Notes under the pieces: generated by a model
Seen by the model: the letters and a program-made list of their open reading frames with translations, nothing else
What the model was told of the DNA's origin: nothing
Databases searched by the model: none
In this document: positions 46,403-59,224 of the stretch, one piece after another
Layout: the number at the start of each line of letters is the position of its first letter
Position numbering within the stretch: position 1 is the first letter of the stretch
Made by a program: the position numbers and the translations under genes
Assembly: GCF_963921235.1 (NCBI RefSeq)
Contig: NC_086108.1
Coordinates: forward strand, 82,958,001 to 83,022,000
Direction of reading: 5' to 3'
DNA from: Mobula hypostoma
Taxonomy: Eukaryota
DNA length: 64,000 bases

Positions 46403-49400
46403 TTAAGTCAAATGATAATAACGAGCAAATGAGCCCCATCTTTTCTCAAAATCAAATAAAGGTTCAAAGGTTCGACTTCTAATTTTCTCCAAACTAAGAC
46501 ATAGCATCACTTCAGAGAACCATTGTGACAAAGTGGGAGCTGATGTATCCTTCCACTTCAACAAAATGGCCCTCCTAGCTATCAATGTAACAAATGCAAT
46601 AACATGTTGGTCAGGCACAGAAATACCATGAATATTTTGAGGAACTATTCCAAAAAGCACAGTTAATTTATTAGGTTATAAATTAATTTTAAGTGCTTTA
46701 GAAATTGTTGAGAAAACCGACTTCCAGAACTGTTCCAATATAGAACAAGACCAAAACATATGTGTCAGTGTAGCTATCTCAGTTTTACATCTATCACAAT
46801 GACTATCAACATTAGGAAAGATTTTAGAAAGTCTCTCCTTTGTCAAATGATAACGATGTACAATTTTAAATAGAATCAATGAATGGCTAGCACAAATTGA
46901 AGAAGAGTTATCCAACTTCAATATCCGCACCCAATCCTCTGTCAAAAGTCAAAAGTCAAATTAAGTTCTTTTTCCCAAACCTGTTTAACCTTAGATAAAG
47001 GACGCTTATCCCATTGTAATAATAAATTATAAATTCTTCCCATAGAACCCTTAATCAAAGGATTCGTACTCATAATAGTATCTAACAGGTCAGCCTCCAA
47101 TATGTAAGGGAAATTACTTAAATATTTTTGTAAAAAATATCTAACTTGAAGGTATTGCAGAAAGTGTGAGTATGAAAGAGAATATTTATCAATTAATTGT
47201 TCAAAGGACATTAATCTATCTTCTTCAAATAAATCCAAAAAAGAATTAATACTTTTATTTTTCCAAAGTAAAAAAATTGGATCACTCAAAGAAGGCTTAA
47301 AAAAGTAATTTCGGTAAATTAAACTACCAAGTTTAAATTTTTTAAGATTAAAAAAATTGCGGAACTGGAGCCAAATTTGTAAAGAATACTTAATCACAGG
47401 ATATAGGTTTAAATTAACAACTTTACCTAATTGCATAGGTAAAGAAGCTCCCAATAACGAGGTTAAATAAAACTGTTTTACAACTTTAAGTTCCAGGTCT
47501 ACCCAAATTGGCCGATCACTCTTGTCAACCCAGTATAACCAAAAAGACATATATCGCAGATTAACAGCCCAATAATACATTCTAAAATTAAGCAAAGCAA
47601 GACCTCTATCCTTTTTCAATTTTTGTAAATGACATTTACTAATTCTTGGTCTTTTATTATTCCAAATAAAAGATAAAATAATAGAATCAATCCAATCAAA
47701 GAACTTCCTAGTCAAAAAAACAGGAATATTCTGAAATAAATATAAAAATTTCGGTAAAATCATCATTTTAACTATATGAATACGACCAACAAGTGAAAAT
47801 GTAAGTGGACTCCATCTACTAAATAAATACTTCATAGAGTCTACTAAGGGCACAAAATTAGCTTTATAAAAATCTTTGTGTTTTTTAGTAATTATAATAC
47901 CTAAATATCTAAAAGAGTCTGAAACTTTAAAAGGAGTATTATCATATATAGAGACAGAATCATTTAAAGGAAACAATTCACTTTTACTAAAATTTATTTT
48001 ATATCCTGAAAAACCTCCGAATTCATTAAATAATTTTAGCAAGGCAGGAATAGATTTGTCAGGGTTAGATATATAAACCAATAAATCATCAGCATAAAGA
48101 GAGACCTTAGGCATGGTCTCATTCACAAAGATCCCATGGATATTTTTAGCCTCATGAAGAGCAATAGCAAGGAGTTCTAATATTAAATTAAACAACAAAG
48201 GACTTAATGGACAGCCTTGCCTTTTCCCCCATGAAAGCAGAAAAAAAGGAGACCTACGATTGTTAGTGACAACAGTAGCAATAGGGGCTTTATATATCAT
48301 TTTAATCCAATTATCAAAATGAACACCAAAGCCAAATTTCTCTAAAACATTGAATAAATATTTCCATTCGACTCGGTCGAACGCTTTTTCAGCATCCAAA
48401 GATACAACACATTGTGGAATTTTAGAAGAGGATGAATATATAATGTTAAAAAGTCTCCGAACATTTGAAAAGGAATAGCGACCCTTTATAAAGCCTGTTT
48501 GATCTTTACAAATAATTTTACCCAAAATATTCTCCAACTGTTTGGTCATTATCTTTGACAAAATCTTAGCGTCAACATTCAGTAATGAAATAGGTCTATA
48601 TGAAGCACAATCAGTAGGATCTTTATCTTCTTTAAGAATTAGAGGCCTCATAAAAAGTTGAGGGTAAGTCACCTTTCACAAAAGAATCCTTAAACATTTC
48701 CAACATATACGGAGAGAGCTACTTTCCAAATTTTTTATAAAATTCTACAGGATAGCTATCAAGTCCTGGGGACTTACCAGATTGCATTGAAAAAATAGCT
48801 TTATGAATTTCGGTTTCAGTAATTTGAGCATCGAGAGTTTTTTGATCCTCAGCCGAGATTTTAGGAAAACAATCTTTCGTAAAAAAGCATTCATTTTAGA
48901 GGAATCTAACGGACATTGAGATTTATATAGCTCAGCATAAAAATCTTGAAAAATCTTATTAATTTCTTCATATTCCTGAGCTAAGGTACCATCTTCCCTA
49001 CGAATTTTCATGATTTGCCTTTTGGCTGCAGCCATTTTTAATTGAGATGCAAGCAGTTTATTATTTTTATCTCCAGACATATAAAATTGGCTCTTTAACT
49101 TAAGCAAATAATCTTCAATGGGATGAGTTAATAACAGGTTATATTGTGATTGAAGTTCCACCCTTTGTTTAAACAAATTAGTATTGGGGGAAATTGCATA
49201 AATATTATCTAAATTTTTAACTTGTTTTGAAATTCTATCTAATTCTGCATTAGTTTGTTTTTTAAGTTTAGCTGAATAAGAAATAATCTGACCACGTAAA
49301 AATGCTTTAAATGTATCCCATATAACTAATTCAGACATACCCCCTATATCATTAAAAAGAAAAAATTCTTTTATCTGGGTTTCAATAAAACTGAGAAAGT

Positions 49401-50170
49401 CAGAGTTTTGCAATAATGTCTGAGACATGCGCCAAGGTGGGCAGGCAAGAATGACATCATCAAATTCAAAAGACAGAGGTGCATGATCAGATATAGCAAT
49501 AGCATCATATTTGCAAGTTTTAACACTAGGCAAGAAGCGGGGATCGATTATAATATAATCGACCCGCGAATATTTTTTATAAACGTGTGAGAAGAAAGAA
49601 TATTCTCTATTATCGGGATGAAGATACCTCCACAAATCAATCAACCTAAAATCAATCAAAAAGGAATTAATAAATGACACGGATCGATTTGGAAGTCGCT
49701 GATTGGTTGAGCTCTTATCAATCATGGGATTTAAACAGCAATTAAAATCCCCACCCATTATGAGCATATATTTATTTAAGTCAGGCAGTAAAGCAAATAC
49801 CTTTTTAAAAAAAAGGATCATCTAAGTTAGGACCATACAAGTTAACCAAAACAACTTTTCTGTTACAGATTGTTCCTTTAACAACTAAAAATCTACCATT
49901 AGAATCTGATTCAATATCCTCTTGAATAAACATATTAGGTTTAATGAAAATAGACATGCCTTTTGTTTTACTCTGAGAAGTAGAGTGGAATTGCAAACCA
50001 TTCCACCATATAAAAAATCTATTTTGATCTCCCGCCCTGATATGTGTCTCTTGAGCAAAAATTATATCAGGTTGGAATCGGTTAATAATTTTAAAAGTCT
50101 TCTTTCGTTTAATAGGATGATTCCAACCACATACATTCCAACTTATTATATTAATCCGTTTGAACAGCAT
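46403..50170 (-). pseudogene. L1 ORF2 (APE endonuclease, RT, CCHC), frameshifted
   Basis: SWNVCG, AQETH, GGDFN, SDH, YRPISLLN, SLDAEKAFDRV, RQGCPLSPLLF, LYADD and CDRC...HMFWSC across ORFs 49805, 48745, 46942, 46676 and 46403. Confidence 0.95.
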
Positions 50171-50463
50171 ACTATAATTTCATTCTACTTTATACATGCA
50201 CAAAGCACATACCAATACAGGATGATCAAAGATGGCGGTGATGAAGAATACAACCAAATAAGAAACACGCATGCTCCGGAACAACCCAATGGGAAAAAAC
50301 TCCTAACTCTAAACCCACCCACCCACACCCGGAAACCCGAAAAAGGCAAGCGATCTACGATAGAATTCAAAGCTGCTGACTGCTCTGTCCGTGTTTTCTT
50401 TCCCTCCCCCCAGTTAGTAAAAAAGTAGAGTGACCTTGTGAAAAAGACAATAAAGTCTCAGCA

Positions 50464-50705
50464 AAAAAAGGTACTTACATTCCATCGACTAATAAACAAG
50501 AAAGAACCAAAATAATGTTATCTCTTAGAGAGAAAAACCAGCGCCATGTTTAAGTTTAATATTAATTCCCTAAAAAAGCTTTAAATTCAATTATAAAATG
50601 TTATAACAAAACAGAAAAAAATATATAAAAAAGGTACTTACATTCCATCGACTAATAAACAAGAAAGAACCAAAATAATGTTATCTCTTAGAGAGAAAAA
50701 CCAGC
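50464..50705. repeat. 79-bp direct repeat in the L1 inter-ORF spacer (50464-50542 and 50627-50705)
   Basis: AAAAAAGGTACTTACATTCC...GAGAAAAACCAGC appears twice, identical by eye. Confidence 0.92.
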
Positions 50706-50982
50706 ACTATTAGTAGGAAAAAACTACCAATTAGCTACCAAGTATTAAATTAAAGGAACAAATCGCCTTATCTTCTTCCCTCAGTCATAAAATGTCCAGA
50801 GATCATTTGAGCAGAGATACTTAAACCATAAATCTTTCCAAAGGAAAACCAATAATATGCAATAAAGAACAACTCTCCGTGTTCTTTAATTAGTCTCTCA
50901 ATGAAATATACAAGTGACCTTCATAAATCTTCTTTCCAAAATGCGAATAATATAGAAATAGCCAAACAGCCTTTCAGATGGA

Positions 50983-51795
50983 TCATTCAACAGCGGTGTC
51001 AGTGACAGCGGCAGGTAAAGCCTGAACAAAATCCAGTGCAGCTTTTGGATCAAAAAAAGTACGAGGAGGAGAACTAGCAGGGAAAATTTTAATTCTTGTC
51101 AGATACCTCAAAGACGGGAAAAGATTTTTATCATATGCTTGTTTCATTACCAGGGCAAATTTTGATCTTTGTTCCATTATCTCTCTTGGATAATCTTCGT
51201 AGAAGCGGAGCTCAGATTCCATAAATCTAAAAACCCTGTCTTCTTGCCTGTCGCATTATTTGATCTTTAATTTTAATGTGATGAAAGCAAACCAGAACAG
51301 ATCTTGGTTGACAAGAGTCCTTCGATTTCGAGATAAACGCCCTGTGTGCCCTTTCTATAGCAGGTGGCTTTGATAGGATGGTAGGAAATAAAGTGTGGAA
51401 AAGCTTACCAAAGTAAGCCATTAGATCTCCATCTTCAGCTCCTTCCTGCAGCCCAACAATTCTTATATTCCTTCGTCGAGACCTAGTTTCCAGGTCTATA
51501 ATCTTATTTTGATATCTTTCCAAACGAGTTGTAGCTTCAGACTACTTTTGCTTAGTTATCTTCAATTCCTCTTCGTGTGAAATAACTTGAGTTTCCAGGT
51601 TTTCCCAGAAATGACTTCATTTCATTACTATTCTTTTCCAGTTGGTCTTTAATTGATCCATTCTGATCCTTAATTGAATTCAGTGTCCGAACGATATCTT
51701 CAGCCCACGATGGCATTTCATCAGATCTTTCCTTTCCCATTTCCTTTATCACTAGGTTCAGGTAAATTCTTCCCGCTTCTTGTAGACATAGACAT
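50983..51795 (-). pseudogene. L1 ORF1 (coiled coil, RRM, CTD), frameshifted
   Basis: DLETRSRRRNIRIVGLQEG, IERAHR, PRSVLVCF and RFYEDYPRE motifs. Confidence 0.9.
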
Positions 51796-53749
51796 ATTGA
51801 TTGCCCTCACGAATCATCAAATAAAAATTTTAAATTCAAAACTTAAACTAGGGGGAAAAAAAGAAAACTAAGAGCAGCAGAAAAATACTGCTACTCCATT
51901 GGCAGACAGGGGTGGTCCTCGTTTTACACTTAGCCGCATGGATTTCCTCTGAGTGCCCCGGTTTCCTCCCACAGTCCAATGATGTACCGGTTTGTCGGTC
52001 AATTGGTCATTGTAAATTGTCCCATGATTAGGCTAAGATTAAGCTAAGGGATTGCTGGGTGGCACGTCTTGAAGGTCTGGAAGGACCTATTCCATATGTA
52101 TCTTAATGAATTTAACAAAAATTGTACTTATGTCTGCTTTGAGAGTTGGTGTATTTATCCTCCTTGGATGCCACCTTCCTTTAAAGAAGAATATCAAAAA
52201 ATCATGCTTTGTATTATTGGTAAGGAGACACACAGTTGACAAAGAATCCCTTGTACTTGTATCACCTATCTTTACCCATAACCTATCACCCACCTTGCTG
52301 ACATTACTGGCTCCTCAACCATGCATTTATTTTCTTCTTCCCATCATCAAGTATTTATGATTTTATTTCAGGTTTGCTTTTTCCAAACCTAACAGCTATA
52401 CCATTATTAATAAAGGTCCTATCCCACCTCTCCTGCCCACCACCCAAAGGTCTTTGTTATACTTTTTTGTTTCCAACTCGATCCTCGCTCTAAGCTCTGA
52501 AATCCATTTGCTAGCATGGTCTTCTTTAACAATATTCTTGCCAATGGCAAAAGGTCAAGAAAAAAAATTCTGTACACCCCTTCTCGGATCTTAGGTGTGT
52601 TAAAATGCTTGAGCCAAGGAGTTACTCAGCGGGGCACACCAAGAGGTCCCAAAAGTATATATATCTGATCATCCTTGCTCCAAACCAGCATTTATTAAAA
52701 GTTCACCAAGGCTGTTTGATCCTAGGATGATCTAGCAATCTGTTCAGTAACTTCCCATGGGCTCAGCCTGTGTTAAATTCCCAGATACAGTTTGATAAAC
52801 TGTTGGCTGTCCAAGGAATGAGAATTAAATGGATGTCATTTCTTATCTTTCATCTTTAACTCCATGAAGCTTGACAGAAATAAATCTTGTTTTGCCATAT
52901 ATCCAGTGGTATTGCAAGCCAATTAGGATGTGTAAAGGATAACTAGAAAATGGAGCATCCTTCAAAGATCATTGAATTGTTTGAAAGCAACTGAAGTCTG
53001 GTGAGGAAAGAAGAAATAAAGCAACTGTAATATGAGGTGAATCATGAGCAAGACACTGGAACATTTCTGATGAGAGGATTAGTGGGAACCAATTTATACC
53101 GTATCATCGGTAATATTTTCTGTTCCTGTACAGAAATCAAAAACAGAGTATTGGGTTTGGTTCTGGGCAATGAACTGGAATTGATCAACAATGTGAAAGA
53201 GGATTAAATATTAGAGCTGATTACTTACTGAACTATTAACATTAATGTTAAAATACAAGAAATGCATGGCAAAAAAAGATAATGTGAAGAGCATCTGCAG
53301 ACTTATGGAATGGTATATAGCTTAAATGAATTAGAAAGAAATGTTTGCTACTAAAACAGTAGAGGAAAATATTTTTGCATGGTGGGTAGAGCACAATCCT
53401 GAAGCATTCCAATGAACCACAAAGATACTAGGTTTGATATTTAACCAAAGAATGGTTAGACCACAAGAATGTCATTTAGATTTCATGTTCAAATTAAAGG
53501 TAGATACAGATTAAGGTTCTAACACATATTTAAAGTATAGTTGCATGATTGATTTGTTTTTAAGCAGGTGAACTTCAGGAAAACCAGACCTATTTTATTC
53601 ATAAAAGAGACCTCTGCAGACCATAATGATGTTATTTCATGAAATATATTTACTTGAAGATGGTTTATTCAAGTGCAGCAGCACCTGACTTCAGTTCTGT
53701 TCTCCAGCACTTCTCCACAACATTGTATACACTGCTCTATGAAGGGGCA

Positions 53750-54575
53750 GCAAAGAAGAAGATAGAGAGTTTAGTAGCATGGTGTCATGACAGCCTTTCC
53801 CTCAATGTCAGCAAAACAAACAAGCTGGTCATTGACTTCAGGAAGGGGGTTGATGCACAAGCTCCAGTCTACATCAACAGTGCTGAGGTTGAGATGGCTG
53901 AGAGCTTCAAGTTTCTAAGAGTGAACATTACCAATAGCTTGTCCTGATCCAGCCATTTGCAGTCACAGCCATGAAAATTCACCTGTGCCTCTATTTCCTC
54001 AGAGGGCTTTAAAAAAATGGCATGTTCCTGTTGACCCTTACCAGTCTTTACTGATGTATTTCAGAAAGCATCTTATCTGGATGCATCATGGTTTAGGGTA
54101 GCAAATGTTGGGCCATAGGCTGCAAGGAACTGCAGAGAGTTGTGAACACAGCTCAGCACATCACAGAAACCAGCCTCATCTCCATAGACTTTGTCCACTT
54201 CTTGCTGCCTCGTAAAACAGCCAATATTATCAAAGACACAACTCACCCCAAACATTCTCTCTTCTCCCCTCTCCAAACAGGCAGAAGGTTCAAAAGCCTG
54301 AAAGCACTTCAAGGACAGCTTTGTCCCCACTTGTTATGAGACTATTGAATGGTTCCCAGTATGATAAGATGGATGTTTAAACTCACAATCTAGCTTGTTA
54401 TTATCTTGCACCTTATTGTATACCTGCATTGCACTTTCTCTGTAGTTGTTACACATTATTCTGCATTCTGCCACTGTTTAACTTTGTATTACCTCTTTAC
54501 ACTGTGTAATGATTTGATCTGTATTAACAGTATACAAGACAGGCTTTTCATTGTACCTTGGTACATGTGATAGTA
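53750..54575 (+). mobile_element. Rex1/Babar-like 3' portion
   Basis: LSLNVSKTNKLVIDFRK and HSLFSPLQTGRRFKSLK, with a 3' UTR like 9870-10262. Confidence 0.88.
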
Positions 54576-55792
54576 AGATCTAGAACAGAATTAAATACTA
54601 GCAGAGTTTGCACTTTACTGCTGCCACAAAACAATAAATATCACAATATATTTCAGTGATAATAAACCTGATTTTGATTCTATACAGACAAAAAGGAGAG
54701 CTTTGTTAGAATATAGACAAAGAATGAGAAGTGCTTTCAAAAGCAGAAGGATATTCAAAATGTCCAGAACTGACAAAGTGTAACAATGATTATTCTCACC
54801 TTAATAACCCAGAAGAAGTTAGTGATGTAGGTAGAAAAGGGACCCGGAGACCTGGCTGCGGAAAACGGCGGGTCGCCGGGACCATAGACTACGGTCCACC
54901 TCCCCCTGAACACTGAAATGCTAGGACCTATGTAACAGCCTCTTAAAAGGTTTGTGTATGCATGATTTAAGGAAGAGTTAGTAGGATTGATGCATTGTCG
55001 GAGAATGCAAGAGATGGTGCAATAAATGAAAAGAAAGACATGCCTTGATTATATTCACTTTGTGTTTTATGAACAAAGTATATTATTAGAAGAAGGAGGG
55101 CCCAGTTCAACAGAGCATTGGCAGAGAATAGTAATTCTGCAAAGAGTCAGAATTAGAATCAGAATCAGGTTTATTATAACTGACTAATGTCATACAAGTT
55201 GCTGTTTTGCAGCAACAGTACATTACAATACATAAAAATTGCTATACTTTACAATAAGAAATATATAAATATATAAATATATAAATAAATAGTGCAAAAA
55301 GAGAGCAAAATCTCAACACATGCTGAAAATTTCATCTCAATAAGCTTTCCTGGAAAGTCAAAATTTTTGCCAAATGCATGGCAGGAGTTCACTCAAATTC
55401 AGAACAAATCATCAGCTCTATAATTACTAAGCAATCTTTTTTGACATTCCCCAAAGAGGCAGATGGCACAGATGGCTGTGGACATCACACTGACATTTCA
55501 GCAAGGGGCCATTGTTCTGAAGCAGTGAGTAAAGCACTCTAATGAAGCAGAACAGCAGGATTAACCACTGTCTAAATTTATGCCATACATGACCTGGTGA
55601 ACCTTGCCGCTAATCCTTACACCAGCAAGTTGCATTGGTGTAATGTCTTTAACGTGATAAACTGTCCCATCATTTATTAGATGAGAAGTATCAAATTAGA
55701 AATTCCAGTTTAGAGAGAAAACCTGGTTACAATAAAATATAGATATATATAACTATATCTTATTGCAATTTATAGTATATTTTATGTATTGC

Positions 55793-56452
55793 ACGGCCAC
55801 TTCGGTGATGAATATCCGTTATCTGTCAAGTAGGGGACTGTGCACAATCCTGATTTGATGGAGACAGATGTGAGATCACAGCGGAACATCTGGAAAACTT
55901 CTGAAATGCCTGCTTTGCTACCGCTGCTACTGTGTGGAAACCGGAATCTCCGGGGCGGAAGACTCCAAAATCCTCGGCTTTGCATGTTTCAACGGCTGGG
56001 GAGAGGTCAAAGGCACATGGCAGAGGATGGCGCTTGGGAGGCTGTATCAGAGAGACTGGTCGGAAGCTCGGAGTTTTTGGACAGATGAACTCAGGGTCTG
56101 CTGTGGTCAGCTGCTTCTAAGGTATCGGCAAGTTGCCAGTGCCTGGAGGTTTATGGCAGGGAGTTTCTCCCTTTTGCCGCCTGCTATCAGGGACTCGGGA
56201 GTCGATCGACTCGGGACTTTGAGATTTTTTTTTACTGTGCCTATGGTCTGTTCTTCATCAAATTATGGTATTGCTTTGCACTGCTGTAACTATATGTTAT
56301 AATTATGTGGTTCTGTCAGTGTTAGCCTTTGGTCTGTCTTGTTTTCTGTGATATCACTCTGGAGAAACATTGTATCATTTCTTAATACATGTATGCATTT
56401 CTAAATGACAATAAAAGAGGACTGAGTGTTCTCATACTCTAACCTAATCTAA
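55793..56452 (+). mobile_element. Non-autonomous retroposed element (about 0.66 kb), family unknown
   Basis: CpG-rich non-coding block inserted in a Rex1-like tail, ending AATGACAATAAAA...(CTAAT/CTAAC)n. Confidence 0.5.
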
Positions 56453-56922
56453 TATTACTGCTGCAAAACAAGAAATTTCATGACATAGTGTTAGTCAGTG
56501 ATAATAAACATGATTCTGATCACTGTATTTGGGCTCATGAACGTTTTAGCTAGAAGTTCTGAAATATGCCTCCTTAAACATTATGGTTTTGCTGCCTATG
56601 TATTCAGTGGCCCATTTCTTCATACATATATATACTATCTATTTATCCAATAAACAATGCAAAAGGAGACCAAAAATAGTCGGGTAATGTTAATGTTCAG
56701 AAATTTGACAGTAGATGGGAAGCAGCTGTTCCAAAAACATTGAGTGTGCATTATTAATATAATCAATATATGAGTGTTCAAGATCACTAGAAGATAGTAA
56801 GTGTGCAAACTGCAAGTCTGGAGGAGACTCTGGAGAGAGGAGAGAAGGAGGCCGTGAGGAGTTTGAAAACTTGTTAAAATGTTACTTGTTATATGTTAAA
56901 ATTGAGCAGTTACTGAAGCAGG

Positions 56923-57757
56923 TGTGACGACAAACCAAGTTATCAGAAGATTGATGCTGATGAGAGAGATAGGGGAGACAATGGAGAAACATTCAAAATG
57001 CTAATAAGAGAGAAGAGAGAGTTTAACGAGAAAGAAACACATTTCAGAATATTGACAGACCGGTTGCTTTGAACCTGAACTGTTTGAAGTTTGATGGACA
57101 GGCGATACCCCAGCAGGGGGATAAAAAGAACAGGTTCACTAAGGCATGACACACACCACGAGATCACAAGATAATAAGACCCTGGAAGAGCGGTGTGCCC
57201 CCACAAGCTGGTAGGAGTTTGGAGGTCTGGTCGTGGGAACCGACCATAGACGCACAGGGTGAAAAGGTGCGATCGGCGGGAATCTGGTGTGTGTGTCCGC
57301 CCTTGCCTGGGTGCCGGGTTCACCGCGGAAGAACGGTCGTATCCGGAACGGAGGGGTCACAGTCGGTGACCACAGACGACATAAAAGGGTTTGTCCGAAA
57401 GCTAACTGCGAAGAACATTAAAGGTCCGTCTGAATCAGATTTGCATATTCCCTCTCTCTCTCTCCAACGGCACAACAGCGATTACTGCGAATTGCACTAA
57501 GCTGAACTGAACTCTGCATCACTTGAGACTGATCATTTTACCCCTAGACTGCGATAGAGCTTGTTTGATTCCTATTACCCTAGTTCTGTGTACATGTGTG
57601 TGTTCTATCATTGCCAACCTGTTGCATTTATATCCTTACGATTAGAGTACTGTGTTACTTAGTTCTTTAATAAAACTTTATTAGTTCTGTTAAACCAGAC
57701 TCCAACTAAGCGGTCCATTTCTGCTGGTGTGGCAACCCAGTTACAGGGTACGTAATG
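56923..57757 (+). mobile_element. Solo LTR (about 835 bp)
   Basis: Starts TGTGACG and ends CGTAATG (imperfect inverted termini), flanked by CAGG/CAGG. TATA-like GATAAAA at about 57120, AATAAA at about 57669 and a CpG-rich middle. Confidence 0.8.
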
Positions 57758-58412
57758 CAGGTTACTAAAGTCGGCTAGCAAGGATAGGGTGATGGGTAAA
57801 TTGGATTTGTCTCCCATGAGGATGGCGAGTGGAATTCTGAAGCAGTTCATATTTGAATGGAGTGCTTGGTGTAAGTGTTGTGGATGAGCACTGGGATAAA
57901 CAGATCTGAAAGCAAGAGAGATAGAGAATTCAACAATAAATGGGCAGGGGATGAGGCAGAATCATTTTGTGGCAAAATACAACAGCAAGGTAACAAGGAT
58001 CAGCCCATAACCATAGAGAATTGAAAATTATGGTTTTAGTATTTAGTCAGATGATCCTGCTTCTCCAGGAGTGGATACTAAAGAAGCATTGGGACAAATG
58101 ATTATATATGTGGAACCGGATATTGCCTATTCAGTTGGTGTTTTCATCCGTGAGTACAAAGATGAGGAATAGGAAGTGTCAAGCAGACATCTTTGAGATT
58201 TTTGAAGATTACTATATGGGAGGGAGGGGAAGAAAATATTCCTCAAATGTAATGGACAGCAACATGGGAAGTAGACAGAATCTATTCTCTGAATTTACTG
58301 TATGACAGGAGAGAATTAAGATCCACCTTTTTTTTACTGCAGTGATTACAATTAAGTCAGACAATATAGGATCCCATTACATGGAGATTATACTGAAACT
58401 AGATATTAGACA

Positions 58413-58754
58413 TTATGTTTGCACTCCATTATAATACTGGGCCACACTTCTCATTGCTGAGTTAGAAATGAACTTGAAATGTAAATGATTCTTGCTGTTC
58501 ATTTCCTCTTCGGTCTCCAATATGTCTTTCCAGGAACTACCTTTTTTTCTTTTGTCCTCCTTATTCTGCCTCTTTGTATGTCTTTTCAAAGTGCCTTGTG
58601 ATTTTTGTGACTTTGTCCACACAACTTCAAAACTTGAAAAGCTGTGTTGGGTCAGCTGAGAGAACTCTCTTATCTTATACACAAATGATCTATTCTCAGA
58701 TAATGATTTTTCTAAGTGAAGTTTGGAATTATGTATCTGTAGTCTGTTCTGTTG
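58413..58754 (-). CDS. Candidate terminal coding exon (113 aa plus stop) of an unidentified host gene
   Basis: 342-nt stop-free frame in unique AT-rich DNA, starting exactly at the acceptor tagtttccatag|CAA (phase 0): QQNRLQIHNSKLHLEK...KRQNKEDKRKKGSSWKDILETEEE...SVAQYYNGVQT*. Confidence 0.45.
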   Translation of the reverse strand, partial: QQNRLQIHNSKLHLEKSLSENRSFVYKIREFSQLTQHSFSSFEVVWTKSQKSQGTLKRHTKRQNKEDKRKKGSSWKDILETEEEMNSKNHLHFKFISNSAMRSVAQYYNGVQT

Positions 58755-59224
58755 CTATGGAAACTAATTTACAAATACATGATTTCCTTGCAAATTGAGA
58801 TTATGCAATACATAAGATCATTCAATATTATGTATATGTTTGTGGTTTTATCAATATCCTTATGCCTATCAAAAACTAGTACTCCTAAGTGATGTTTACA
58901 TGCTTTACCTTGTGTACAAATTTATTTGAATATCCCCTTATGAATAAAAATTATAATGATTGTTTCTGTATCCATTTTTCTTCCATACATTTTGCTGAGG
59001 GTACAGGCAGTTTTGAAATCACAATTCAAGTAGATTACAGTGTGAAAGAAGCAAGCAATTAAAGAATGATAAATCTTACGATGGGCACCATCTTCCTATC
59101 CTTTCATTCATCTCTGGAGCATCTAGATAGTGAATACTCTACAGCAGGGTATTGCTTGTTACTATAGCTCTGTCTTTAATACTATGATTCCAAGAAAACT
59201 AATCACCAAACTCTGAGACATGGG

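Larger units (their letters stand above)
46091..51919 (-). mobile_element. Full-length L1 LINE (about 5.8 kb)
   Basis: 12-bp TSD CGTTTTACACTT (46079-46090 and 51920-51931), A-rich tail, ORF1 and ORF2, and a short 5' UTR. Confidence 0.95.
45989..52105 (+). mobile_element. HE1/V-SINE split by the L1 (halves 45989-46090 and 51920-52105)
   Basis: The head (GCATAGCGGTTAGC, GGTTCAATC, CTGTAAGGAG) is on the left and the V-domain (CCGGTTTCCTCCCACAGTCC) and tail are on the right. Colinear with 7603-7904. Confidence 0.88.

Noticed and set aside
49922..50428. 168-aa plus-strand ORF antisense to the L1
   Set aside because: It overlaps the ORF2 start in antisense, has no recognisable domain and is most simply a shadow frame.
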